Source: Bryobacteraceae bacterium
GTDB lineage: Bacteria; Acidobacteriota; Terriglobia; Bryobacterales; Bryobacteraceae
Direction: 5' to 3'
Length of the DNA: 64,000 nt
Assembly: GCA_036008345.1 (NCBI GenBank)
Contig: DASYNU010000192.1
Location: 5,800-69,799 of the forward strand
The notes beneath the pieces are model-generated. The model ran no database searches. It saw only the letters and a list, made by a program, of their open reading frames with translations, and had not been told where the DNA came from. A program made the position numbers and the translations under genes. Positions 40,501-49,101 of the stretch are shown here, piece by piece; within the stretch, counting starts at the first letter, position 1, and each line of letters begins with the position of its first letter.

Positions 40501-40874
40501 TCATTCTCCTGATCGGCATCGTGAAAAAGAACGGCATCATGATCGTCGACTTCGCGCTCGAAGCCGAACGCAACGACGGCAAGAGCTCTACCGACGCGGT
40601 TTATGAAGCCAGCCTGCTGCGGTTCCGCCCCATCATGATGACCACTATGGCCGCTCTTCTGGGTGGCATTCCATTGGCAGTGGGAAGCGGCATAGGCTCC
40701 GAACTCCGCCGGCCGCTGGGCATCTGCATGGTGGGCGGGCTGCTGCTCAGCCAGGCGCTCACGCTGTACACGACGCCGGTCATTTACATCTTCTTCGATA
40801 AATTCGCGCAACGCTTCTCACGCAAGCGGCGGCGTTCGGCGGAACTTGGTCCCGCCCAAGAAAACCCGTCATGA
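37575..40874 (+). CDS. mdtB: RND multidrug efflux permease (MdtB/MuxB type) with a Ser/Thr-rich insertion
   Basis: 1099 aa. AcrB-family N-terminus (FILRPVATSLLMAAILLVG) and 12 TM helices. About 63-aa low-complexity insert (39901-40089) absent from the paralogue downstream. Confidence 0.9.
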   Translation: MSPSRPFILRPVATSLLMAAILLVGVVSYTQLPVSALPQVDYPTIQVLTFYPGASPDVVATTVTAPLERQFGQMQGLTQMTSTSSGTVSVIVLQFSLSLNIDVAEEEVQSAINASQSFLPSVLPAPPIYSKTNPADVPVLTLAITSDSMPLSSVEDLVDTRLAPKLSQLSGVGLVSISGGQKPAVRIQANPAALASYGLTLEQLRTALIQTSVNAAKGNFDGPRQDYQIDSNDQLQRSDDYRSVVVAYRNGAPVMLQNVAKIVDGVENNNQKAWMNQTPAVILNIQRQPGANTISVVKSIKAILPQLQANLPAAIKVTQMTDLTVPIQASVEDVEFELGLTVVLVVLVIFIFLRSIRATVIPAVAVPISLVGTMGAMYLLGYSLDNLSMMALTIATGFVVDDAIVMIENISRYLEAGDPPMEAALKGAEQIGFTIMSLTISLVAVLIPLLFMGDVVGRLFREFAVTLAVTIVISAVVSLTLTPMMCARTLHHDPKEQQTRFYRVSERAFESMIAFYGRTLKFVLRFQTITLLVALATLVLTIYLYIIVPKGFFPVQDTGVIQGISQAPQTISFGAMAQEHEELTKVILADPAVQSLTSFIGADGTNTTLNSGRFSINLKPLSDRDLNASDVIRRLQGKLQSVKGIQLFMQPVQNITVDDRASRTQYQYTLEDPSSDELQLWTNRFVEQLKKVKDIEDVATDQQTNGLAVSLVIDRVTASRLGIAPSTVDNTLYDAYGQRQINTMYTQLNQYHVILETLPEFQKDPSKLASLYIQANASSGTSGPGASTSFSSSSSSSAGSNAVTQSAAYTPSPSVLTAPTNALSPTSTTSNLTTSSTPANAIPLSAFTHYERVNSPLSINHQGQFPAVTVSFNLSPGASLGSAISSIDNLQKEMNMPASLQAAFQGTAAAFKNSLSNEALLILAALVTVYIVLGVLYESFIHPVTILSTLPSAGVGALLALMLFKQDLSVVAIIGIILLIGIVKKNGIMIVDFALEAERNDGKSSTDAVYEASLLRFRPIMMTTMAALLGGIPLAVGSGIGSELRRPLGICMVGGLLLSQALTLYTTPVIYIFFDKFAQRFSRKRRRSAELGPAQENPS

Positions 40875-43800
40875 ATCCGTCCCGCATTTTCATCGAGCGG
40901 CCCGTCGCTACTACGCTGTTGACAGCAGCAGTGGCGCTGGCCGGAGCCCTCGCGTTCACCGTGTTACCGGTTTCTCCATTGCCGCAGGTGGATTACCCGA
41001 CCATTTCCGTAAACGCGGGCCTACCTGGCGCCAGCGCCGATATCATGGCCGCCTCCGTAGCCACGCCCCTGGAGCGCCAATTGGGCCACATCGCCGGGGT
41101 CTCGGAGATGACTTCCAGCAGTTCACTCGGGAGCACCGGCATCACGATACAATTCGACCTCAGCCGCAACATTGACGGCGCGGCGCGGGACGTGGAAGCC
41201 GCCATCAATGCGGCGCGGACGTACCTGCCCGCCAACCTCCCCGGCAATCCTACTTATCGCAAGGTAAACCCGGCCGACTCGCCCATTATGGTGATCGGCC
41301 TTACCTCGTCGATCTACGACCGCGGAAAACTTTACGACGAAGCCTCCACCATTCTCCAGCAGAAACTTTCGCAGATCCAGGGCGTGGGCCAAGTCAACAC
41401 CGGCGGAGGCGCGCTGCCTTCCGTTCGCGTGGACGTATTTCCGACACAGCTCAACCAGTACGGAATCTCGCTCGGCGCCGTACAGTCGATATTAAGCCTG
41501 CAGAATTCGCACCAGGCGCGCGGCCAGCTTTCTGACGGCATCGTGACCGCGGACATTATCACCAACGACCAGATCCGCTACGCCAACGATTATAAGCCGC
41601 TCATCGTCGGATACAGCAATGGCACCGCCGTGCACCTGTCCGATATTGCGAACGTGACTGATTCGGTGCAGAACGTGCGCGCGGCCGGTTATGTCAACGG
41701 CAAACCCGGCATCACCATCACGGTCTTTCGCCAGCCCGGCGCCAACATCATTCAGACGGTGGAACAGATCCGCCGCGAGTTACCCTCCATCAAAGCTTCT
41801 ATCCCGGCGGGAATCGATATCACCATTGTCCTAGACCGCACAACAACGATCCGCGCTTCCGTGAAAGACGTGGAGCGGACACTGGTCATCTCCATCTGCC
41901 TTGTCGTCGGCGTGGTATTTCTGTTCCTGCGCAGCCCGCGCGGCACGCTTATCCCGACGGTCGCCGTGCCGGTTTCGCTTATCGGCACGTTCGCGGTGAT
42001 GTACCTGGCCGGCTACAGCATCGACAACCTCTCGCTGATGGCGCTCACCATTTCGAGCGGTTTCGTGGTGGACGACGCCATCGTAGTTATGGAGAATATT
42101 ACGCGGCACATCGAGGCTGGCATGGAGCCTTATGCGGCCGCTCTTAAAGGCGCCAGCGAGATCGGCTTCACGGTGTTCTCGATCAGCGTCTCCCTGATCG
42201 CTGTTTTCATTCCGATCCTGTTGATGGGCGGCATTGTGGGACGCCTTTTCCGGGAATTCGCTATCGTACTTTCGACGGCCATCGCCGTTTCGATGGTGGT
42301 CTCGCTCACCACCACGCCGGCCATGTGCGCGCACCTGCTGAAGCCGCACTCGGAGGACCACGGCTTCCTCTATAAAATGAGTGACCGGTTCTTTGACTGG
42401 GTTCTTTCCGTGTACCGTCGATCACTGCATTGGGTGCTGGACAACTCCCTGCTTACGCTGATTGTGCTGCTGATGGTAGTGGCGCTGAATGTGGCGGTCT
42501 TCATCAAAATTCCCAAGGGCTTCTTTCCCCAGCAGGACACCGGAGTCATCTTCGGCGGTCTGCAAGGGCCGCAAGACGCTTCTTTCCCGGTAATGGAGGA
42601 CTCCGTCGAGAAAATAGTTTCGATCATCAAAAGCGATCCCGGCGTGGACAACGTGGTGGCCTTCACCGGCGGCCAAGGCAGCAGCAACGGCGGCTTCATT
42701 TTCCTGTCCCTAAAGCCGCTCAACGTGCGCAAAGCCAGCGCAGCGCAAATTTTAGGGCGGCTACGCCCCAAGATGTTGGCGTTGCCGGTGGCGTCAGTCT
42801 TCATGCAGCCTGCCCAGGATCTCCGCATCGGAGGACGGCAAAGCAATGCATTGTACCAGTACACGATTCAATCGGACACGTCGACAGATCTGGCTCACTG
42901 GGGTCCCATTTTGTTGAGGGAGATGAAAGCACTCCCGGGCTTCCAGGATGTCAATACCGACCAGCAGAATGGGGGCCTGGATCAGTATCTCACCTACGAT
43001 CGCGCGAGCGCCGCGCGCCTAGGAGTCACGGCGCAGAGCCTGGACTCCACGCTTTACAGCGCCTTTGGCCAATCCGAAGTCTCGATCATCTACACCCAGC
43101 TCAATCAGTATTATGTGGTGTTGGAAGTCGCGCCCCAATTCTGGGCGACCCCCGAAGGGCTGAAGTATATCTACGTGAGCTCGTCGAACGCCGGCAACGT
43201 GCCGCTCAGCTCGGTGGCCACTGCGCACTCGAACAACATCCCTCTCTCGGTAAACCATACCGGTCTGTTTCCATCGGTCACCGTTTCCTTCAATCTCGCC
43301 GCGGGCATGTCGCTGAGCGACGCCACTGAGGAAGTGGCCCAGATGCAGGAGAAGTTGAACATGCCCCAGACCATCCGCGGCTTTTTTGCCGGGACAGCAC
43401 AGGCTTACCAAACCTCACTGGCGAGCGAGCCGATCCTGATTGCTACCGCTTTGCTGGCGGTTTACATCGTCCTCGGCATTCTCTATGAAAGCCTGATGCA
43501 TCCGCTGACCATTATCTCCACGCTGCCGTCGGCCAGTGTGGGAGCCATGCTGGCGCTGATGCTGTTCAAAATCGATCTGAACGTGATTTCCATTATCGGC
43601 ATCGTGCTGTTGATCGGCATCGTGAAGAAGAACGCCATCATGATGATCGATTTCGCCCTGGCCGCTGAACGGAACGAGGGGATGAGCACCGCCGATGCCA
43701 TTTTCGAAGCTTGCATGTTGCGCTTCCGTCCCATTCTGATGACCACGGTGGCGGCACTTTTCGGCGCTTTACCATTGGCCTTCGGCACCGGCATCGGATC

Positions 43801-43963
43801 GGAGCTGCGGCGTCCTTTGGGCATCACCATCGTGGGCGGACTCATCATGAGCCAGTTGCTGACTCTCTACACCACGCCAGTGGTTTATCTGTTCTTGGAC
43901 AAACTGCGCCTCCGCTTCGGCGGCGAGGAGCGAAAAATATTGAGGCCGGAGGAAGCTGTATAG
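40871..43963 (+). CDS. mdtC: RND multidrug efflux permease (MdtC/MuxC type)
   Basis: 1030 aa, AcrB family (FIERPVATTLLTAAVALAG). ATGA start/stop overlap with mdtB. Confidence 0.9.
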   Translation: MNPSRIFIERPVATTLLTAAVALAGALAFTVLPVSPLPQVDYPTISVNAGLPGASADIMAASVATPLERQLGHIAGVSEMTSSSSLGSTGITIQFDLSRNIDGAARDVEAAINAARTYLPANLPGNPTYRKVNPADSPIMVIGLTSSIYDRGKLYDEASTILQQKLSQIQGVGQVNTGGGALPSVRVDVFPTQLNQYGISLGAVQSILSLQNSHQARGQLSDGIVTADIITNDQIRYANDYKPLIVGYSNGTAVHLSDIANVTDSVQNVRAAGYVNGKPGITITVFRQPGANIIQTVEQIRRELPSIKASIPAGIDITIVLDRTTTIRASVKDVERTLVISICLVVGVVFLFLRSPRGTLIPTVAVPVSLIGTFAVMYLAGYSIDNLSLMALTISSGFVVDDAIVVMENITRHIEAGMEPYAAALKGASEIGFTVFSISVSLIAVFIPILLMGGIVGRLFREFAIVLSTAIAVSMVVSLTTTPAMCAHLLKPHSEDHGFLYKMSDRFFDWVLSVYRRSLHWVLDNSLLTLIVLLMVVALNVAVFIKIPKGFFPQQDTGVIFGGLQGPQDASFPVMEDSVEKIVSIIKSDPGVDNVVAFTGGQGSSNGGFIFLSLKPLNVRKASAAQILGRLRPKMLALPVASVFMQPAQDLRIGGRQSNALYQYTIQSDTSTDLAHWGPILLREMKALPGFQDVNTDQQNGGLDQYLTYDRASAARLGVTAQSLDSTLYSAFGQSEVSIIYTQLNQYYVVLEVAPQFWATPEGLKYIYVSSSNAGNVPLSSVATAHSNNIPLSVNHTGLFPSVTVSFNLAAGMSLSDATEEVAQMQEKLNMPQTIRGFFAGTAQAYQTSLASEPILIATALLAVYIVLGILYESLMHPLTIISTLPSASVGAMLALMLFKIDLNVISIIGIVLLIGIVKKNAIMMIDFALAAERNEGMSTADAIFEACMLRFRPILMTTVAALFGALPLAFGTGIGSELRRPLGITIVGGLIMSQLLTLYTTPVVYLFLDKLRLRFGGEERKILRPEEAV

Positions 43964-44008
43964 GCGGCGCTACCATGAAAGTGATGCAGCAATCTGGTAT
44001 GGAGGCTG

Positions 44009-44096
44009 GTGGGGCAGGGCCATGCCCTGCCAGACTCCTCCCAATGTCGCGAGAGCTGGATAAAAAGACTGCCGGCAGGGCATGGCCCTGCCCCAC
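44009..44096. repeat. Family C short REP pair inside the RND operon
   Basis: gtggggcagggccatgccctgccag (44009-44033), 38-nt spacer, ccggcagggcatggccctgccccac (44072-44096). Ends 1 nt before the ATG of the outer-membrane factor gene. Confidence 0.9.
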
Positions 44097-44097
44097 A

Positions 44098-45645
44098 ATG
44101 GGCCCAATCCTAGCGGTGCTTTGCCTCGCGCTCACCACCGGATGCACAGTCGGCCCCAAGTACCATCCGCCTTCGACCGCGCAGGCCCCGCCCACCTATA
44201 AGGAGCTGAACCCTCCACCCACTCAGCCGGCGCCAGCCACCGAACCCGCGCCCGATCCTACTCTCGGCGGTCTGGGCGATTGGAAGGCTGCAAATCCACA
44301 GGACTCTCTTCCGCGCGGCAAATGGTGGGGAATCTACAATGATCCCGAGCTGAATGCGCTCGAAGAGCAGCTCAACATCGACAACCAGAACATCAAGCAA
44401 TTCTTCGAGAATTTCATGGCCGCCCGCGCGCTGGTCCGCCAGGCACGCAGCCAGTACTTTCCCACGGCAACGGTCGGCGCCAACTACACGCGCGCGCGCG
44501 GCTCCGCCAATCTTGGCAACAATGTTGGAGCCACCGGAACAACATCGGGAAAGGGCAGCACCTCATTGATCGACCTGCCGGCCGACATTACCTGGGAACC
44601 CGATTTGTGGGGCAAGGTCCGCAATACCGTTCGCCAGGCGCAGTATTCCGCGCAAGTGAGCGCCGCGGATCTCGAAAACGAGCGCTTGACCGAACAGGCC
44701 AGCCTTGCGACCTTCTTCTTCGAAATACGCGGGCAAGACGCGCTTCAGCAGATCCTGGATGCCACCGTCGTCCAAGATCAAAAAGCTGTCGATTTCACGC
44801 GTTCCCAATATGAGTTGGGGCTGACGGACCGTATCGCCGTGGTGCAGGCCGAAAACACGCTGCAGGTGGCCCAATCAGCGGCCACCAATCTGGGCATCGC
44901 GCGCGCGCAGTTCGAGCATGCCATCGCCCTGCTGGTCGGCAAGCCCGCATCGGATTTCTCCATTCCCGTAAAACCGCTACTTAGCACACCACCGCCCATT
45001 CCCGTGGGTCTGCCTTCGCAGCTTCTCGAGCGACGGCCGGATATCGCAGCTGCCGAACGCACCATGGCCGCCGCAAACGCACAAATCGGTGTCGCTACCG
45101 CGGCCTTTTATCCCAACCTGACCATCTCGGCCTCGGCGGGCTTAGAAAGCTCGCTTTGGAAGAGGATTCTCGACTGGCCCAGCCGCTTCTGGTCCGTGGG
45201 TCCATCGCTTTCAGAAACGGTCTTCGACGCGGGTCTTCGCCGCGCCACTGTCAATCAGTTCACCGCCGTATATAACGCCGATCTCGCAGCGTATCGGCAA
45301 TCCGTGCTGACCGCCTTCCAACAGGTAGAGGACGCGCTCGCGGCCGTGCGTATCCTGACACAGCAGATCCAGCAGCAGCATCAGGCCGTGGAATCCGCGC
45401 GTGTTGCGCTGGATCTCGAGATGAATCGCTATCAAACCGGCATCGACCCCTATATCAACGTGGTTACCGAGCAGAACAACTTGCTCGGTGCCCAGCAGGG
45501 CCTGGCGCAGATCGAAATCCAACGCATGACACAATCTGTCTCGCTGATCGAGGCCCTCGGCGGAGGCTGGGACCGATCGGAACTGGCCACGCCGCAACAA
45601 GTCACCGCGAAGCCTGCGAAGGCGGAGACAACCATCCAGCAGTAA
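44098..45645 (+). CDS. RND efflux outer-membrane factor lipoprotein (NodT/OpmB family)
   Basis: ORF trimmed to the ATG at 44098. Lipobox LCLALTTGC. Family motifs GPKYHPP, WWGIYNDPELNALE, two OEP repeats, C-terminal LIEALGGGW. Confidence 0.9.
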   Translation: MGPILAVLCLALTTGCTVGPKYHPPSTAQAPPTYKELNPPPTQPAPATEPAPDPTLGGLGDWKAANPQDSLPRGKWWGIYNDPELNALEEQLNIDNQNIKQFFENFMAARALVRQARSQYFPTATVGANYTRARGSANLGNNVGATGTTSGKGSTSLIDLPADITWEPDLWGKVRNTVRQAQYSAQVSAADLENERLTEQASLATFFFEIRGQDALQQILDATVVQDQKAVDFTRSQYELGLTDRIAVVQAENTLQVAQSAATNLGIARAQFEHAIALLVGKPASDFSIPVKPLLSTPPPIPVGLPSQLLERRPDIAAAERTMAAANAQIGVATAAFYPNLTISASAGLESSLWKRILDWPSRFWSVGPSLSETVFDAGLRRATVNQFTAVYNADLAAYRQSVLTAFQQVEDALAAVRILTQQIQQQHQAVESARVALDLEMNRYQTGIDPYINVVTEQNNLLGAQQGLAQIEIQRMTQSVSLIEALGGGWDRSELATPQQVTAKPAKAETTIQQ

Positions 45646-45967
45646 TCGGCAGCTGCAACTGTACAGACTCCCAACGGGTCTTGTGGCGCGAAAGCCACCA
45701 GCAGGGAGGGTTCCAGTCGGAGGCCGCATACTGGGGAAAAAGTGTTCGCGAGCAGCTTTCGTCGGCCGTGCCCAGGTAGTCGAACTCCAGCTTGTTTCCC
45801 TTGAGCGGCGTCTTGAGGAACTTTTGCACCGTCACGGTACTCATGGCCGGCCCGCGCAATTCAAACACGCTCCAATCCACCGCGTAGGCGACAGCGGCGC
45901 CGATGAGAAGATACCGTGCCGAGCGGCCAAGCTTCCGCATCATCCCCATTCTCAGACCATACCGCAT
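45602..45967 (-). CDS. Hypothetical small membrane protein
   Basis: ORF 45602..46186 trimmed to the ATG at 45967 because the upstream part is family C repeat. One TM (YLLIGAAVAYAVDW). Overlaps the OMF gene's 3' end by 44 nt. Weak support. Confidence 0.3.
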   Translation of the reverse strand: MRYGLRMGMMRKLGRSARYLLIGAAVAYAVDWSVFELRGPAMSTVTVQKFLKTPLKGNKLEFDYLGTADESCSRTLFPQYAASDWNPPCWWLSRHKTRWESVQLQLPITAGWLSPPSQASR

Positions 45968-45982
45968 TTTGCTTGTGGAGTA

Positions 45983-46170
45983 GGCTGGAATCCCAATTAG
46001 TTTTACCGGGTGGGGCAGGGCCATGCCCTGCCAGGTGGGTCCTGAGCCGGTTGTCCCAAACGGTGGACGAACCAATGGTTTGCTGGTGCCGGAAAGTCGC
46101 GCGAGATCCCGGCAGGGCATGGCCCTGCCCCACCCGGCAAAATTAAGTGACATTGGGATGGAATCCTGCG
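45983..46170. repeat. Family C MITE-like element (about 188 bp)
   Basis: ggctggaatcccaattagttttaccgg gtggggcagggccatgccctgccag (core 46010-46034) ... ccggcagggcatggccctgccccac (46109-46133) ccggcaaaattaagtgacattgggatggaatcctgcg. Confidence 0.85.
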
Positions 46171-46432
46171 TGCGGTTGTCAACCACGCTTCTGTGCCGGG
46201 GCCACGGGAAGTCAGGGCAGGATGGCCAGCACTGCTAATAGCTCGAAAGAGTTAGTAAGAAGCATGCAACTTATTTTTTTACCGGATACCTTTGGTGTAG
46301 TGGGTACGTCCCAACAGGTGTAAGTACCAACTGAACGAGGTCCGAGAATACCACAGCAATAGTATTCTAGGGCGGTTCTTAAAGGCATATGATTTAGACA
46401 GGTTTTCGAATTAAAGCCAAGGAGCGGCTCCC

Positions 46433-47767
46433 ATGGGTGCTGCACGAAAATTCGACCTGGACCACCGCCTCGAGGGTTATTTTTCCACCCTCCGGTCTTT
46501 GAAACATAGCGCCGGCAACTGGCAGATGTATGCGGCCGTTACCGGTTCCGCCATGGCGATGGCGACCAACACTTCAGCACAGCTTATTGGCAGCGGAATA
46601 CAGGATATTGCCGACCCGGTCGCGAGTGCGAGGGTTGTGCGGGAATATCTGGCTAATTCCAAGTTTGCCGTGGTGGGAATACCGGGTTCGCAGGCCGAAG
46701 CGCCTGCACCACTTTCTGTGCCACTTTCACCGTCGATTGCGCCCGGTGGAATTGTTCCGCTGGACGGCACGGTGAGCATTATCGCACCGGGGGAATTGGT
46801 ATCGATATTCGGGAGCAATCTTGCCAGCGAAACCGCGGCCTGGAATGGCAATTTTCCCACTGCGCTCGGCGGGAGCAGCGTGGAGATCGACGGCCGGGCT
46901 GCATTTTTGATGTATGTCAGCCCGGGGCAAATTAATTTGCAAGTGCCGGACGACGCGGCGAGAGGTTCGGTTTCGGTGGTGGTTAAGACGCAAGGTGGCA
47001 CAGCCAAATCGACCGTGACTCTGAGCGAGTTTGCGCCGGCGTTTAGCCTGCTCAAGGGAAAGTTTGCCGCCGGGATCATTCTCAGAACGAATGGTTCGGG
47101 AGCTTATGGCGGAGGAACCTACGATATCCTCGGGCCGACTGGAACTAAGCTTGGCTATACTACCGTGGCCGCGCGGCCGGGCGACGTTGTTGAACTTTTT
47201 GCTGTCGGGTTAGGACCGACTACTCCCTCGGTGCCTGCCGGAAGAGCATTCGCTGGCGCGGCGCCAGTTACCAATCCGATCAGCCTTTACATCAATAATG
47301 CTTCCGTGACGCCCACTTTCGTAGGATTGTCGGGCGCGGGTCTTTATCAGATCAACCTGACGGTTCCGAGCGGTCTCGGGCAGGGCGAGGTTCCCATTGT
47401 GGCTGTTGCGGGTGGTCTTCAGACACAAATGCACGTGCGTTTTTCCCTCGAGATTTGTTCCAGCGGGAATCTGGTCACGGGCGGATGTTCCAGTGGAACC
47501 GTGATTGGTGGAGGCGGGTTCGGCGGCGGATCGGGCGGTGGATCGGGTTTTGGATCGGGCGGCGGAACTGGCGGTGGTGGAACCGGCGGTGGCGGCGGTA
47601 CCGGTGGCGGCGGAGGCGGAGGCGGGACAGGCGGCGGTGGTGGAGCCGGAGGTGGTGGTGGATCGGGTGGCGGAACTGGCGGCGGTGGAGGGTCAGGCGG
47701 CGGATCGGTGGCGGCGCCAATGGGAGGCAAGGCATATCATCCCAGGCTCCGATTTCCACCGAAGTAG
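46433..47767 (+). CDS. Secreted 'Solibacter C-terminal domain'/IPT-TIG-like protein with Gly-rich C-terminal extension
   Basis: AGGAG 8 nt upstream. Two Ig-like modules with family motifs (APGELVSIFGSNL, SPGQINLQVP, ARPGDVVELFAVGLGP, SGAGLYQINLTVPSGLGQGEVPIV). Then about 70 aa of (G)n[ST] and a basic tail. Confidence 0.7.
   Translation: MGAARKFDLDHRLEGYFSTLRSLKHSAGNWQMYAAVTGSAMAMATNTSAQLIGSGIQDIADPVASARVVREYLANSKFAVVGIPGSQAEAPAPLSVPLSPSIAPGGIVPLDGTVSIIAPGELVSIFGSNLASETAAWNGNFPTALGGSSVEIDGRAAFLMYVSPGQINLQVPDDAARGSVSVVVKTQGGTAKSTVTLSEFAPAFSLLKGKFAAGIILRTNGSGAYGGGTYDILGPTGTKLGYTTVAARPGDVVELFAVGLGPTTPSVPAGRAFAGAAPVTNPISLYINNASVTPTFVGLSGAGLYQINLTVPSGLGQGEVPIVAVAGGLQTQMHVRFSLEICSSGNLVTGGCSSGTVIGGGGFGGGSGGGSGFGSGGGTGGGGTGGGGGTGGGGGGGGTGGGGGAGGGGGSGGGTGGGGGSGGGSVAAPMGGKAYHPRLRFPPK
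47505..47712 (+). repeat. (GGN)n low-complexity coding tract
   Basis: ggtggaggcgggttcggcggcggatcgggcggtggatcg ... encodes GGGGFGGGSGGGSGFGSGGGTGGGGTGGGGGTGGGGGGGGTGGGGGAGGGGGSGGGTGGGGGSGGGS. Confidence 0.9.
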
Positions 47768-47791
47768 AGTCTGCTGAGGAGGGCTTATCGC

Positions 47792-48883
47792 ATGGTCTCG
47801 AAACAAACGTTGTGGATGCTGGCAGCCTTTGCGGTTGCCAGCTTTGGCAAGGATGCACCGAGGATAGCACCCGTACCAGGCGATCCTCTGGAAATGGTAA
47901 CGGGGGAAGTGCAGGTGGTGAGTGCGCCTTCGAGCCGGGCAGCGGCTCTGGAGCTTCTGGCGCGTGCGCGGAGCGCCTATGCGTTGCGGAGTTCCGGCGA
48001 AAGCTACCGTCTCAAAGTGACGTTCACGGTGAATTCCGGCGGTCAAACAGAATATGACGGCGCCTGGCAAATGGAGGACATGTCCGATCCCCAACAAGGA
48101 TTCCGCTGGACGGCGAAGGCCGCGGCCGGATACACAACAACCCAGATTTCCTCGAACGGAGTTTATTACGCGGCCGGAACCTCCAGCGCCATTCCACTGC
48201 GCTTGCAGGAAGCGCGCGCGGCTTTGTTTGATCCAATTCCGCCGGCGCAGAACGTAAATCGGGCGCTTATCCGAACGACCACGAGTACATTCAACGGGCG
48301 ACAACTTACGTGCATTTTGATATCCGGTTCAGGCAGTGCCGCGGCCAGCATGCCAGGGCGAAGCTGGGATGAGACCGAGGAATGTGTCGACCCGCAGTCC
48401 GGATTGCTCGCGGTGCATTCGCAGATACCAGGGCGCTACTACGCTTACGATTACTCGAACGCTCCGGAGCTGGATGGTTACGTGTTGCCTCGCAAGGTGA
48501 CGGTGACCGAAGCCGGCAAAACTGTATCGGAGATCTCGGTGGTGAGTTTCGAGGACCTTCCCACGGCGGACGCGAGTCTGTTTCAACCGAGCGAAGAGAT
48601 GAAGGCTAATGGGCCGGCAGTAGCGATGGCGGGAGCACAGAAGATCTCGCGTGTGGTCGGCGCGGTGCCGGCTGGCGCGACGGTGCGACCAGTTTGTGTA
48701 TTTGGATTGGTTACGGCGTCGGGACAATTGGTGGAGGCGCACTCGCTGCAGCCGGCAGATCCGAATAGCGCGGCGGCGGTGGAGGATGCCAGCAAGATAA
48801 ACTTCTCGCATTCAACGGCGGCGGGGACGAGGCCGCAGCAACATTTTGTATTTATCGTTGAAAAATTCGCGGCGGCGCAATAA
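47792..48883 (+). CDS. Hypothetical secreted protein (possible TonB-C-like C-terminal domain)
   Basis: 363 aa. Signal peptide (TLWMLAAFAVASFG). The C-terminal segment VCVFGLVTASGQLVEAHSLQPADPNSAAAVEDASKINF loosely resembles a TonB_C fold. No confident family assignment. Confidence 0.45.
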   Translation: MVSKQTLWMLAAFAVASFGKDAPRIAPVPGDPLEMVTGEVQVVSAPSSRAAALELLARARSAYALRSSGESYRLKVTFTVNSGGQTEYDGAWQMEDMSDPQQGFRWTAKAAAGYTTTQISSNGVYYAAGTSSAIPLRLQEARAALFDPIPPAQNVNRALIRTTTSTFNGRQLTCILISGSGSAAASMPGRSWDETEECVDPQSGLLAVHSQIPGRYYAYDYSNAPELDGYVLPRKVTVTEAGKTVSEISVVSFEDLPTADASLFQPSEEMKANGPAVAMAGAQKISRVVGAVPAGATVRPVCVFGLVTASGQLVEAHSLQPADPNSAAAVEDASKINFSHSTAAGTRPQQHFVFIVEKFAAAQ

Positions 48884-48968
48884 GGTGTGCCGTCGCGGTT
48901 TCCGAGAACCTCACCCAATCGCTGTGGGATGTTGTCATAGGGCATTGATCGCAGCACGGGCAGAAAGG

Positions 48969-49052
48969 CACCGACTCCCTCACGGTCGCGGTTCGGTCAT
49001 ATTCTCTGAACATGAGACATTCTTTCTGAGCCACGAGCGTAAGCGACCGGTG
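48969..49052. repeat. Family D complete inverted-repeat element (84 bp), plus a partial third arm at 49073-49090
   Basis: caccgactccctcacggtcgcggttcgg (48969-48996) ... ccacgagcgtaagcgaccggtg (49031-49052), then ctcacggtagcggtaagg. Confidence 0.85.
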
Positions 49053-49101
49053 CTTTGGATTTTTTCAAGGATTCTCACGGTAGCGGTAAGGTAGCTTCAT
49101 T

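Noticed and set aside
36448-40811. Several long minus-strand ORFs (36448..37593, 37851..38498, 39885..40811) across the RND operon
   Set aside because: They are antisense shadows of well-supported AcrB/MFP genes, with Arg/Gly/His-rich low-complexity translations and no motifs.
43711-44097. N-terminal 129-aa extension of the outer-membrane factor ORF
   Set aside because: The extension overlaps the mdtC 3' end in another frame and then reads through the family C repeat. A canonical lipobox start is present at 44098.
47419-48057. Poly-Pro ORF (47419..47730 minus-strand) and Arg/Trp-rich ORFs (47455..48057, 47505..47777) over the Gly tract
   Set aside because: They are mirror or shifted readings of the (GGN)n array. 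The Gly-reading frame is continuous with a protein that has recognisable domains.
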